A DNA stretch of 64,000 nt from Octopus vulgaris (lineage: Eukaryota). Under the pieces are notes generated by a model that made no database searches, was not told where the DNA came from, and saw nothing but the letters and a program-made list of their open reading frames with translations. Each line of letters starts with the position of its first letter. Within the stretch, counting starts at the first letter, position 1. Of the stretch, positions 1 to 14,046 are shown in pieces. The translations under genes were made by a program, and so were the position numbers. The stretch is taken from positions 201,500,001-201,564,000 of the forward strand of contig OX597815.1 of NCBI GenBank assembly GCA_951406725.2. The letters are read 5' to 3'.

Positions 1-845
1 GATAGGAACATTATGGGACAAGAGGAAAGTAATGGAGATGCCGGTGGTTATTGACCCATCATCTGTCTATCTACCAAGCATAACATTTTAACATACATTC
101 TCATGGATAAACCATAAAAATTTATTGACCAAAACCATATTTTCCCCACTGAACATAAAGGGTGCCGACGTGGCATAGGAGCCGACGTGGCATATGAGCT
201 GGTATTTACTTTCCTTCTCACATGGGCTGCATCGTACACCACCGTGCCTTGCTCATAACGTACCGTAACATCCACTACTACTACTCGTCGGGACTGCGAA
301 ATACCAGGTTGTTAATGAGCATGTCCTCAGAAACGCGGTAAACCGGCTCCCAGCTGGTCACCCAACCGTAACGCTAGACCTTCCTAGCCACCAGCAGTCA
401 TATTGTATCATATGGATACACATATCAATCGCATGATCCCTGAGAACTGTTATAAAAAATGCAGATATCGCATTTGTACATGGATTGATTATAAGAAGGC
501 TTTTGACAGCATACCGTAGCGATTGATCTTTAAATCACTGAATATCTTCAAACATACTCTTGTCCTTTCAAGATTCCTGAAGCACAACATGTCAGTGTGG
601 AAGCATTAGGAGCAATTTCCAAGGGCTTTGAAAACATATTAAGAATATTGGAGCTGCTGCCAGGCTTGGGGTGATCCAAAAGAAAGCATCGTTGTGTACA
701 GCTCGCATTCTAAGGGGAGTACCGTTTCTTTGAGTTAAAGGAGAATGCACTACTTGAGGCCTTTGGTGATTTGTTGTTGCCTGCTTTCAAGTAAAGAATA
801 ACCGGTAATTAAGACGTATCCGAGAATCTTTCAGAATAATAATAG
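1..845 (+). mobile_element. R4/Dong-clade non-LTR retrotransposon, internally deleted and decayed
   Basis: Manual translation gives RT motifs (..FIDQNHIFPTEHKGCRRG.., ..TWIDYKKAFDSIP..) joined directly to the restriction-like endonuclease C-terminus (ALGAISKG..IQKKASLCTARILRGV*), followed by a 3' UTR ending in AATAAT. Confidence 0.8.
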
Positions 846-874
846 TGATATATGTAGTAAGATTTGTAAAAGTA

Positions 875-966
875 GAAGAAGAAGAAGAAGAAGAAGAAGA
901 AGAAGAAGAAGAAGAAGAAGAAGAAGAAGAAGAAGAAGAAGAAGAAGAAGAAGAAGAACAACAACA
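875..966. repeat. (GAA)n/(CAA)n microsatellite
   Basis: Direct observation; source of the poly-S/F/L ORFs. Confidence 0.98.
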
Positions 967-1259
967 AGGACAAAGTGGAAGAGGAGGAACGCAATGAGAG
1001 AAAGAACAATTACAACTACAATCATATAATTCGTTCATTTTCCACAAACGCTCTCTTTAAGTCATGTGTACCATTCTACAAACCCGTGCAAATTTGAGGG
1101 AGTGGATCAACAGACAAATTTATATTTGAAATGATACAGGAATAAACAGAGAAAAATAAAATGTTATATAAAAATGAATCTAATTTTCCCTTCACGCATA
1201 CACTAACATCCGTTTTCTCTTAGAGCGTTCAAAGATTCACTCAACCTCCTAACATTGTA

Positions 1260-2260
1260 GAATTCTCGGAGTTCTCCGAAATTCCCATTCAGCATTTTTA
1301 CATTGGGTTAATTGAGGAAGAGAATCACATCTTCCGAGTAGAACTACTTAACCTTTCGGAAATATTTTTGCTGTTGCCACCCGTGTACGCTCACTGGTAT
1401 GCTGGATGTTGGACTTCTATTCTTTTTCTATCCATTAATTGATTTGTTGCAGTTGGTGCAATAACTTTAGATGTTCCTTGATATTATTTCTAATAACTGT
1501 AAGACTATTCCAGATCCGTAGTTCAGAATTTTCTTTCCGTTTCCTGAATTTTTTCTGATCGGGCCGTCTGACCTATCGATTTTGTCCTCTCTCGCGCTCT
1601 TTCTTTTTCTCTTCAATTCTTCTATAAGATGAATTTGTTCATCATCTTCACAGGTAAATTGGGAAGGATGATAGGAGGGAAAATGTTAACCATATTCAGC
1701 GTCTGTTACAGAACACATGGCTACCTACTCTGCCAGCTCCACACCAACATACGGAGCACTGTAATTATTTGCTACAATATCTGAAGACGGGTTTTATATG
1801 TTGGCCCACTTCAGAGTTGCAGTTCATGGCATGGTTTGAGATGCAACCCTAGGAACCTTTTACGTGTTCCTAGGGTTGCTGTATAGAAAGCCGTCAACCA
1901 GAGTTTGCTAGAAGTGAAAGAAACTGGTTTTCTGATATATATCCTGGGGTATAGTACTTTTGACGCTAAGACGATAATTGTATCCCGTTTCTGGATGGCT
2001 TTGACGGTCTTAGTGTTCATAAGGAGACATACCCCCGTTCTCATATCGTTTATTGTTATTTGGCACCCATACGTACTACTTAAAGATTGCAACGACAAAG
2101 TAGGCATTAACATCCCACACTATGCCTCTGAATTACTTTAGATTTACACTGCCCCTTGTAAAATGGCACAAGCTTATGAGCGGATATTTCGAACATATTT
2201 CAGCAAATTGTTTACGCGGACGTTATCTTCAGCGCTGAAGGTAGGATAGACTTTTCTTTA
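1260..2260 (-). mobile_element. Ancient RTE-like LINE, AP-endonuclease region
   Basis: Minus-strand peptides PTFSAEDNVRVKQFAEICSKY and LSSTYGCQITINDMRTGVCLLMNTKTVKAI resemble APE motifs (TFNVRTL..; S....N...GGVG.LL); many stops and frameshifts. Confidence 0.45.
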
Positions 2261-3328
2261 TTCTCTGCCGATTGCTCTTGATACCCAGCAGTGCTCCTTT
2301 TAATTGATCGCTTGTTGTGACTGAAATTGTATTGAGTTCTAATATCAGACATATGTCAATTTCTGCTTGCCGTTCTGAATTGCATTGTTCAGGCAAAACG
2401 TTACATATCTTATCAATGCACTGCTTCCATTCAGATTCCGAATTCCGTTTTTATAACTATGTGTCATTGACAATCTTTCGGGATTTTTGTGTATGTCATT
2501 GCTGCTATTATTGTTTTATTTCGGTCCCATACAAAAACTGTGTATATGTCAAAATGCACGTTCCTTCTGTCGTGAAATACAAAATGTTCCGTCTTTATGG
2601 CGACAATTTATTTTATGGGACAATTAATAAATCTAAATTTGTGTAAAAATATCTTCTAGAAGCAACCTTACAACAAATGTCAACATCAAAATCACACGAA
2701 TCGCTTCCGACATCAGGAATGTAAAGAACAACAACAATATTCTAGAAATTCTAAAGAAATTCGATCTATGTAATCAAAAGACATTCGGACTATTAAACAA
2801 GCAGGAACGAAGAAATTCTGTCGAAAGACAAATGTTTTGGTAGCGACAATTATAATATGATAGAATAAAGTCAGGTGTCGTAATTATGAAGAATTTGTAC
2901 CAAATATATGCGTACAGTTATTTAGAGCGTCTAGTATATTGTTTGATGTATACAAATCTCGCCAAATTTTGTCAATATCTATGGCCAATCCGTTGACTAC
3001 AGAGGGATTACGTATCTTAGCAGATTGGATCCTACGTCTACAATAATAGAGCAGGTAGCTATTAGTTTGATGGCAAGTAAGTCGGCAACAGTAGAATTGT
3101 TGTGTATCAATCTTACTAATGTATTTAAAATTGTACTGGAATCATCAAGAAGTACATACACTAAACAATTTTAAGCTTTTAGTTGTTTCGCACTTTTAGA
3201 ATTACGTGAGATGATGGTTCGGACGTGACATACCATTCATACCACTTAGGAGCACCACTCAGATCCATATATCTAAGATTGACTAACGCAGCATAATTTA
3301 ATCTGACTTTCCTTCCCGGCAATGCAGT

Positions 3329-3763
3329 CACTTATGGGAGTAAAATAATAAGTCAAATTTCACCAAAATTGAGAGTATGATAAAGCCCGGTGTTGCTCGG
3401 GTTTGTTTCGACGCTTTAGATTTGGAATTTTTGAAATGTAAAAGGTTTGCACTATGTAGCTTCCTATTCTCTTTAGGTGAACATTTTTCTGGTTGAAATA
3501 CACCGTAAAATGGCGACATAGCAGTCAAAAAACGTAAAAAAATAGGGATTTTCATAGAAAAAAGCACCTTTTTGATATAAATAATTTTTGGTTTTAGCAT
3601 AGTCCAATTTGACTTTTTTCTTCTCCGGAAGGAAGAGCAAGGCTTCTTCTATCATACTCGCAATTTTGGTCAACTTGCGCTGCAGGGTATCGGAGGAGAT
3701 CGTGTTAGTTGAAGGCTACCAAACTTGCCACACACAGACAACTTCAGCTTTATATATACAGAT
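3329..3763 (-). mobile_element. Non-autonomous Helitron/Helentron-like element
   Basis: Minus-strand start A|TCTGTATATATAAAGCTGAAG; GC-rich hairpin GCCCGGTGTTGCTCGGGT at about 3385-3402; internal inverted repeat 3361-3382 vs 3650-3671. No terminal CTAG seen. Confidence 0.6.
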
Positions 3764-4853
3764 TTGTCGTGTTACGCAGGCACATAAATACATACGTATA
3801 TGTGTGATTGTACTTATGTGTAGGCATATTTGAAGAAATGTACTGTATACGACGTAATTGTAGTCATAGAACTGAGGTTATTGAGATTGAAAATGAATAC
3901 ATGCACAGGTTACCTGAAATACTTAATGCGGCAATAATATTAAAATTGTTGCTTAAGGCATGAAACCTACTGAGCGGTTTTCATACATAACTGGCATACA
4001 TGCAAATATACAATGCATATAAATGCTGTCTAATGTGTTCCATCAACGATCTGATAATAAAATATAACAAGTGCTTCAGATCTTTCATGTGAAATCATTT
4101 CTAAATACCATTGGTCCCTTCGATACTATAAACAATAAGTTATTTCATGAGATTTTGTTGCTGTCACGACCACTCTTTAAGCAATAAATTTTCTGACGAA
4201 AGTCTTTTCAGTGAATGTCGTTTTACATTCTTACTTAATTTTAGTATCGGCGGGGAATGCTGGAAGACCCATTGGTATATTTCTTTCTCATAAATATCAA
4301 TGCGTTTCAATTCTAACGATAATCTATGCTGGCCAAAGGATTGTAACCTGTCGTTTCCCAATTTTGCTCATTAGAATTGCTTTTTTTTTATCTTTCAACG
4401 TATGCTATACGTTACATATTATTTTACCCGATATTCTTTCACATTTTCCTAAAATGTCCTATTGAAAAATGTGTATCCGATTTTCTCGCAAACAATATAA
4501 AACAAGGATTTAAATTCACCAGATTACACTCGAGATGATCGATGGTATCAATTTCAAAGCATTTTATACGTACATAATCTCGACATGGTCATGAAAGTCA
4601 AGGATAAGTAATGAAAGCATGCGCAATGATATTAAAACTGCATAATACTTGGCGAGACGTTAGAGAACAAAAGCTAATATTAATTCTCTTTTACAGAAAA
4701 TCTACTAAATTTCAATATTGTATATCAGATGTTCACATTTCTCGTGATATTAAAAATATTAAATTTTTAATAATGAAATGGTTGAAAATCCTGAAAGCAA
4801 TCGAAAACGCGTGCTAAAATGGTACACAGGAAACAACCTAAGCTAATTGGTTC

Positions 4854-4896
<43 letters not shown>

Positions 4897-5084
4897 CATA
4901 CAGAAGCTAATCAGCATATCCACATTTATATAGACAAGTGGATTCGTATTTCCCTCCAGAATTTTTACCCACGTAAGTCAGATGATAATACTGCCGAAAA
5001 TAAATTCGTAGTTCTGTCGTAGGGGAGTAAAATAATCAATACAGATAAAGGGTGAAATATAATTTATTTAATAAAATCAACAAA

Positions 5085-5201
<117 letters not shown>

Positions 5202-6074
5202 ACACGATATAACAGTAAGCTCAAATAATTTTAGTCTATTATTAAATTGTGGCTAACAAAAATTAACTGGCCTATAACCCAGTATCACATCGATTTCATG
5301 TCTGAAACTAGCAGCGTTAGTTAAACAATAATTAACCTAATTTTTTTCTGATTCTTTACAGCTGAAATATTATGTTCCTGATTGTCGCAACATGTTCAGT
5401 GGATATAAAATACAAATGCTGCTAACATCAGCAATTCTTTTGCATCTTTTGTAGAAGTGACTGATGATAATGAACTGAAAGTTATTCTATAAACACTGGC
5501 GGCAATGATATCACATTTTATTGATCGAAAATGACTAATTTACTTCTTCGTATCCATTAGTTTTAAATTTATTTTAGTTGACGAAAAGAGAACTTACGGT
5601 AAATTCATTTCCTGGCTGTTGGAAACAATCCAAATGTGTCAAACGAACAGGAACGACATAAATTCAAGGAATAATTAAAGCAATGTGTGATCACTTCTTG
5701 AAAAGGAGCCTCGTGAATGAGAATTGTGTCGAATATTGAGAATAAAAGAACGAAAGAATTCCAATAACCATATATATTAGAATAAATGTATTTTATATAG
5801 CCTCACAAATTCGCATAAGAACAGCAATCGTGAGGGAGTACATTAATGTAGCTATAATATCTAAATTTGGCATAAGGCCACGCATTTGTAAGGAGAGAGG
5901 GGCATTGATTCAAAAACGAACCTTTTTCACATGTATGACACTGAACCTGAAAGAGAAAATAAAGATAATTAACTAAATATTATGAGTCATTTCATTCGGT
6001 GCACCACAACTTTTCCTAAGAAGAACAACGAATAAAGAAGAATAGCATAAACATGAACCATGATATTATTGTCA

Positions 6075-6290
6075 AAGCAGTAAGTTTGCAGAACCTTTAG
6101 CTTGCAGGACAAAATGCTTAACGCATTTCGGCCGTCTTATCGCTCTGAGTTCAAATTCTGACGATGTCGACTTTGCCTTTCGTCCTCTTCGGTTCGATAA
6201 AGTAAGTACCAGTTTAGCACTGAGATCGATGTAATCGACTTATCCCCTATCCCGAAATTGATGTCTATGATACAAATATAAACTCTTATT
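6075..6290 (+). mobile_element. tRNA-derived SINE family B, decayed
   Basis: Shared core GAGTTCAAATTC..GTCGACTTTGCCTTTC..AAGTACCAGT..TCGATGTAATCGACT, also present near 18520 and 56285-57190. Confidence 0.75.
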
Positions 6291-6359
6291 ATCATTTTTA
6301 TAATATCAATGATGATGACGATGATGATAATAACAATAATAAAATTGATAATCCTTTGT

Positions 6360-6570
6360 GCCATAGGCGTAAGACCTGAAATTTGGGGGAGTGGGATAAT
6401 CCATTACGTTGACCCCAATGTTCATCTTGAACTTATTTGATCGACCCCGAAAGGATGAAAGGCGAGGTTGACCCATCGGAGTTTAATCTCCAAATTTGAG
6501 GGCGTACAAAATACCACCAAAATACTTTTTGGTTTGTCCTAAATATTCTGCCAGCTCTTCACCTTCAAGT
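6360..6570 (-). mobile_element. tRNA-derived SINE family B, inverted neighbour of the previous copy
   Basis: Reverse complement of the same core (TCGACCCCGAAAGGATGAAAGGCGAGGTTGACC; ATTCTGCCAGCTC). Confidence 0.7.
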
Positions 6571-6745
6571 TCTATATACTCTAGGCTGAAGATCTGAAAT
6601 TGGCGGGGAGCAACAAGAACAACGGCGTCGTTGGTGATGCAGCTGCTGCTGATGATTTTTATTTGCCATCAGCGAAGCCGATGAGTAGAGCAGTAGAAAG
6701 ACAGACATAGAATGAAATTACACACACACACACACATATATAAAT

Positions 6746-6781
<36 letters not shown>

Positions 6782-7089
6782 TATGTTCATTGTACACTTC
6801 AATTACAAAAGAGTAGGAAGAAGACGATCTCCTCGATAATATGTTAAACTGTCGTATGTCCAATTTTTGCCAAATAAAGTTTCATTCGATGTTTATTTTT
6901 ACTTACAATAGACGGTTATTCTGGCTAAATTATTGTATCTCCAGCTGCTTCCTATACTAATATATAAAAGATTGTCAACGTTTAGTACACCGGTTTTGCT
7001 ATGGAATGGTTAAAGCATATTTTCGTTTTCTGAAGAAACAGCGTTTAATACGTCAATTTTGCATAATAGTAACGTTTTAATTACTTCAC

Positions 7090-8130
7090 ATACAGTAGGA
7101 CCTCTAGGGACACTCGTGGAACTCCGCCATCCAAGTTTTCCGTGAACAACAGGGAACGGTGTCTACTCTCATTCCAGTTTTCCGACTCATATATCTATAT
7201 CTAGAGCGATCACATTGCCTCGTATTTTTTTCGCCACTTTCATCAAACTTTCAATGACCCCAATCGAGGAAAGCCCCCTCTTCTCCGTCCTTGATTTCCT
7301 TTTTACGTGAAACTTGAAAAAGTCGATCAGGGATCTACCAAAGCGAAATGTCTATTTTCAGGCCTTTCAAACCTGTAAACCTGATAACCTTATTCACTAC
7401 AGATAACTGGCCAATGAAAACTGACTTGCTTTCTCAATTAAATATGAACGGTGAAACAATCATGGATATGGACTCGGCCGATGTACGGATCTTTCCCACT
7501 CGGAACAGCATATATTCGACATAAACCAACAATCCCACAATGACCGAAAACGGAACGAGTATGTTCAGAATGGTGTCCTCGTCTGGCGCGCACATTGAAC
7601 GGGCGTATCTGACAGCAAATCCGTGCCCCTAGACTTTATCTCAAACCGATAGCACTCCTGCTTTGCCTTGCAGTGGTTCGGTCACTGAAAACAGGTCTAA
7701 AATCAGCCGCTTTCAGGACAGGCCCAATGAATCAATGGTAGATCCTCTCAAATGCGTTGGATAGAACTGAATTGATCACAGCCCCACCAAAGCCAGATTT
7801 AGTCCGATACTTCTTTATGCAGTGTCACATAAGATGGAGGTTGTCATGCAGAGTCCTGCTCGAGTGTGTACATACTTATGATTCCTCAACCAGACTACCA
7901 ACGACAAGCATCAACATTTTCTCTAACACTTTGGCCAAAATCTTAAACTGTGTCTGTAGTGAAGTCGTGGATGGAAAATATACTAACATGTCCACATCTT
8001 CGACGTCCTTCCCTATTAACGTTAAGATAACCCCAGTAACATGACTAGGAAATGTTCTGTTCTGTTGCAATTTAAGGTAGATGTCTATGAAGATAGCGCC
8101 GAACGAGTGACTTTAAATGGTCTGTCGTAA
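7090..8130 (-). mobile_element. Tx1/L1-clade LINE fragment (partial RT joined to C-terminal zinc-knuckle region)
   Basis: QFKILAKVLEKMLMLVVGSLVEES..SRTLHDNLHLM..GGAVIN..NAFERI (RT domains 1-3), then CAPDEDTILNILV..YVEYMLFRVGKIRTSAESI. Confidence 0.85.
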
Positions 8131-8257
8131 TATATCCATCAACAAATATTACTCGAGTTTTAGACAAATTTAGATAACCATTTTGACTGAAGAACACACA
8201 GACATACACGCAAACACACACACATACGCACGCATACACACACACTTGTATGTATGC

Positions 8258-8335
<78 letters not shown>

Positions 8336-9182
8336 ATAAACGAACGTGTACGTCTATTGGCCGGTTTATTTGTATGATTGTATGTGTGAGTCAGTGAGCG
8401 TATTTCACTGTGAGCTTATATTTCCCTGTATATGTATATATGTAAACGCAAAGTGAATTAGCAATTTTGTTAAGATAGGAATAGGAAAAAAAATAACATA
8501 ATATATCTAACAATACAGATTTGGATGCTACCCAAATATATAATTTATTAATGCTTCCAGTCGTATCATCCTATGTTAACTAAATTGTTTAGGTAGAAAA
8601 CGTTTTGTATAAATTGTCTCCGCCCGGTAATCACCTTTGAAGGAATCGAATTTTGTACCAGCTGTTTTATACAGCGTAATGAATGTATTAAAACCACATT
8701 AGAAAATTAATGCAATTCGTACAGATACTTATTTCTAATAGTTGCATATTCGTAACAAGTAAATGTGTTTGCTACCTAGGTTTTGTGTACGGTTGAATTT
8801 AATTTATCAACGGAATATATCATGATATGAAAGTGTCGGTACATACAAGAATCAGAATATATAAACACAAAGGGGTGAAACCGGAAGACATCATTATCAG
8901 AGAGTAGAGAAAATGATTTTCCTTTTCTCTTTTAACCAAGGCAGTCAAGTGTGGATAAGAACCTCGCTTTGCAAGTCTGTCGGTTCAGTCTCAGTCCTAT
9001 AATAATGCATCGCGGGCAAGAGTTTGTACTAATGCGCCCTATATATATATATAGCGAATGAATGTTACATATGTCGAAATAAGTGTCGTGAGTAATGATA
9101 AATTCTTCTATATTCCATCTTGTTTTTTATTTGCTATATATATATTTATGTCTGTATGTATGTATGTAAGAATTATATAGGT

Positions 9183-9227
<45 letters not shown>

Positions 9228-9285
9228 CCTTCTCTATAATGTTGCCACTTGATTTGAAAATGTTTGTATTTATGAAAAACCTCTA

Positions 9286-9378
9286 TAATTGGCTGATGAG
9301 TACTCATCATCTTAAATCTGTTGTAGTACTTGCAACATTTGATAAAATGATGTAGTACGAAACGATCGTATCAAATTA
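9286..9378 (+). ncRNA. Type I hammerhead ribozyme with long stem II
   Basis: Stem I TAATTGG/TCA(A)ATTA; core CTGATGA 9293-9299; stem II GTACT-CATCAT..ATGATG-T-AGTAC; GAAA; palindromic stem III ACGATCGT; cleavage triplet GUA (after 9370). Confidence 0.8.
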
Positions 9379-9406
9379 CCGGAGTCGTTCTTGTTGCTTA
9401 TTTTGA

Positions 9407-9604
<198 letters not shown>

Positions 9605-10404
9605 AAGGTAATATATACGCATCGGCTGCGCGAAAAATAGAAGACAAAATACTTCTAAGGCACAGAAGAATCACCAGATTCATACAGGCATTTTAAGAAA
9701 GAAAAACAAGATTAGACTCTTACTTCCACCAAGGATGCAGGAAGAATGCTTGTAAATTTGATATCAGGATTTCGAATTTAGCCCCAAAGTCGACTGGATC
9801 TCCTAATTCAAATCCGCGTATATACGCATCTTATTATTGTAGATACACATTTGTGTATATAAACAGGCCTGTGTGTGCGTGTGTACACATCTTTTACACA
9901 TCACATCTTTTAACTTAATTTATTGATTTTTTTCTTTTTTTTTTTTAAATGATTTGTATATGTCACTGAGGAAATTCTTGAAATTTCTGAGGTTGCAGAA
10001 ATTCACCATGATATATTTACATAATTTTCCTGTACATCATTAAAATGAGACGGACAGCAAATATTTGTGTAATAATGTAATCTCCAGATATATGCTTAAA
10101 ATTGTATAATATATTTACACATTTTGTTTAATACAGTATCGATACACAATACCGCCCCATTGTACTACTACGCAGCTATTTGTTATATGTTCTGACCATT
10201 TCTAGTTCTGTAACAAATCACAAACATTACAAAAAGACTAACATGTTGACTTAAAATATTTGTAATCGTACTTGCGACTTGCTGATTGATTTTACTCCAT
10301 ATATAGCTGAAAACACGATCAACCTAAAGATGAATGAAATATTTTAAAATAAATTACGAACTATAATATAAATAATTGTTCTCATATATGGTAATGTCTC
10401 ATAT

Positions 10405-10709
10405 TTTGTTTGTTCCTTCTCGACCCATGTCTGGTTCATAAGAGCCGGTTTCCCGGTTCCCTTGGCGTATAGGTTCCCTACCTGGACTGGACGCCGGCCC
10501 GTCGCAGGTGAGTTGCAAGATGCAGGAGGAAAGAGTGAGAGAAACTTGTGGCGAAATGGTCAGCCGAAGTTCGCGATTATTCTTTGCCGGAGCCGCGTGG
10601 AGTTTAAGTGCTTCACTAATAAACACACACATCGCCCGATCTGAGATTCGAATCAGCGACCCCTCGACCGCGAGTCCGCTGCTCTAACCACTAGGCTATG
10701 TGCCTCCAC
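10405..10709 (-). mobile_element. tRNA-derived SINE, shared head/body with tail type 1 (V-domain-like)
   Basis: Minus-strand head GTGGAGGCACATAGCCTAGTGGTTAGAGCAGCGGACTCGCGG with A/B boxes; 12-bp TSD AATG(T/C)CTCATAT at 10393-10404 and 10710-10721. Confidence 0.88.
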
Positions 10710-11140
10710 AATGCCTCATATCACGATCTATGAAAGTAACATTATTCATTTCAAATTATGGGAATGATATCCGTTTCCTGTTACGATCGTGTGCACTATC
10801 CACAGCTCACGTTTATCAGTTTTACATTTATTTCATCCCTGAACATTTCTTCGTAACTGTAGACAAAATGAAGGAGATATCATCAAAGTGAATGCAAACA
10901 CCTCTACCTCGTGTCCCCGTTGTTCTCAAATGAATATCTATTAAAATAGAGTTTATAAAGATCAATAATTCAATCAGTGCATTGCATACTATAAAATCGC
11001 TATTTGTATACATATCAGCGGAAAGGCTGCGGAATTGAAGCGACACATATACTTTGTAATGATAACCAACTGTTACTTTTAAAGCATGACATACATTTTA
11101 GTACGGAATGAAAGTATGAAAGTTTTAAAGTTTATTAAAA

Positions 11141-11414
11141 GAGACGCAATGGCCCAGTTGTTGGGGCAGCGGACAGCGGGCGTAAGATCGCGGTTTCGAT
11201 CCCCAGACTGGGCGTTGTGAGTGTTTATTGAGCAAAAACACCTAAAAGCTCCACGAGCCTCCGGCAGGGGTGGTGATCCCTGCTGTATTCTTTCACCATA
11301 CTTTCTATCACTCTTTCTTCTGTTGACCACCTCGCTTAGCCAGCGGGGTGGCGTCATTCGAAGGCTAAATCAATGCGAACGCATTGTGTAACTACATCTG
11401 ATGGACTGGTCGGT

Positions 11415-11422
<8 letters not shown>
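11141..11422 (+). mobile_element. tRNA-derived SINE, shared head/body with tail type 2
   Basis: Head GAGACGCAATGGCCCAGTTGTTGGGGCAGCGGAC..GGTTTCGATCCCCAG matches the 10405 and 62673 elements; the 3' tail differs. Confidence 0.82.
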
Positions 11423-11459
<37 letters not shown>

Positions 11460-11987
11460 ATATCCTTATCCTGATCTCTCAGTATATTCGAATGTAACTG
11501 AAAGGTGAATATAGTATTATTAACACCCAAATAAATTTATCCTCAACAGAGAAGGCTAGCAAGAACATTATTCGAAGGGTATACCTAATCCAGAGAATTA
11601 ACAGAGTGTAAGGAGAAGCGTTTATATATGATTACACATGCTTCTATGAATATATAAATATATGTGTATGTGTGTGTGCGTGTGTGTGCCCGTGCTGTTA
11701 TATATTGTATGTATATATATATATTATATGTACATAAATATATATATACTTGTGTGTGCGTGTAGTTATATGTATGAGTATATTTGAATCAAATGAAATA
11801 TATAGAGCAGTGTGATCGAAGTAAAAAAATATTTCAATAATTTAAAGTACATAAAGAACGTAAATAATAAATTATAAAAGCGATGAAAATTTACCTAAAA
11901 TATTTACGAGAGTGCAAGGAAGATATACCAAATGATTTATCACCACATACACATACACGTCCATCCATTTATATATATATTAATAAT

Positions 11988-11989
<2 letters not shown>

Positions 11990-12056
<67 letters not shown>

Positions 12057-12107
12057 TATATATATTTATATATATATATATACACACATACATATATATA
12101 TGCATAT

Positions 12108-12153
<46 letters not shown>

Positions 12154-12243
12154 TTATATATATATGTATTTACAAATGTATGTATATGCATATATATATA
12201 TATATATACATATATGTATTTATATAGATATGTAAATGTATAA

Positions 12244-12283
<40 letters not shown>

Positions 12284-12330
12284 ATAGACATATATATGTA
12301 CATACATATATATGTATATATATATATGTA

Positions 12331-12391
<61 letters not shown>

Positions 12392-12430
12392 TTATATATA
12401 TATATATATACATACATGTGTATATATGTG
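11990..12430. repeat. Compound (TA)n/(TG)n/(CA)n low-complexity tract
   Basis: Direct observation; generates the YIYI ORFs. Confidence 0.97.
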
Positions 12431-13268
12431 TATGTCATTTTTCTCTATGTTTTACATGCTGTGCATATCAATATCATTCATATCTATAGGTACCCACATA
12501 ATTGTGTGTGCGTGTGACTGTGCATGTGTTTACAAAAGTGTATATTTTGAGTGTTTATGTATGCATTCATTTAATTTTAGATCTGTATGTGAGATTGTTC
12601 TCAAATATACACTCGCATAAATGTGTATTCGATTGTAAATATTCGTATACATAAATATGAAGAAACGAAAATTAATGGAAGTTATAATTGCTTGTTTCAA
12701 ATATACAAATATAGAGGCCGGAAGCTACTACATGTTACCCCCCTCTCCCCTCGAATGCCGAAGCATATTTCAAAATGTAACCATATCTATGCATACATGT
12801 GGGTGTGATTGCATGTATGCATGCATATATACGTATATATGCATTAATGTAAACATACAATTATATTATACAGACACACACCGATACATATATAAATATT
12901 GATATATATAGAGAGATAGGGGTGAATATGTTCATATACATGTGTGTGCAGAGAAACCTCCTTACTCAAATTTTTACGCACGTACACACGCCAATATTCA
13001 TATTTCCATTTCTGAATATATTTTTTTCTTTCATTTTCCTTTCTTTTTTGAACGGAAAACCTCATATACAAATAGTTATTCCAGAATGTATTTAAGTTTG
13101 TTCATTTGTTCCAAATGGAGGCATGAATAAATATTGAAAGTAACAACGTCTCAGCTATATTATCTATTAATGCAAAATTTACGACACCATTAAAAACATA
13201 CATTGTATTTCTTGAAGGATTGAAAAAAATCCTTTAAAATTATATACATATATATACACATTTACACA

Positions 13269-13332
<64 letters not shown>

Positions 13333-13366
13333 GTCACACACATTTAAACAAACACACACACACACC

Positions 13367-13398
<32 letters not shown>

Positions 13399-13716
13399 CA
13401 CATGACGTGAATCATATTAATGTGCTTTATTCGGAGATTGAATTTTCAATAGATAATTTATCAATGATTTACACTCGTGAATATCGCATTTTAAATATTT
13501 ATACCTATACAATTACATGTGCGCACGTATTCCAATCTTCAGAAAATATGTCACGCGCTTCTTCATTGGATAACGGCACTAACATTTCCTCTCACATAAG
13601 CACAAGAACAAATGCCCTCTCACCCATACACACAGAGCGTATATATATATATATATATAATAAAAGGCTTCCAAATAAGGAAGCGTAGTGCTAGAAACAC
13701 AAAATTTGATTATGTT

Positions 13717-13750
<34 letters not shown>

Positions 13751-14046
13751 TTATTATTCATATACGTATATATACAGATGAATGCGTACAATTGTGTGTC
13801 TATGTCTTTATAAACATTTGGGATATTTTTAAGTACAAATATGAATAGTCTCTAAAATACGTATTTACACGTAGGAGTCCACTTGTAAAGTGTAGGTTAT
13901 AAGAGATATAGCTTTAAACAAAACGCTGGTGGGTAGCTAGAACCAGGTATTGTGACCTCCTTCGTTCTACTGTTCAGAAACAGAATAGTACTGCTAGTGT
14001 TTCCCTTTTATATATACATTATAGAATAAATACCTGTATTATATAT

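Noticed and set aside
5455-5490. CTGATGA..GAAA motif
   Set aside because: Stem II cannot pair.
9962-9990. TCA-CTGAGGA-AATTCTT-GAAATTTC-TGA minimal HHR-like motif
   Set aside because: Stem II is only two A-U pairs and there is no second copy.
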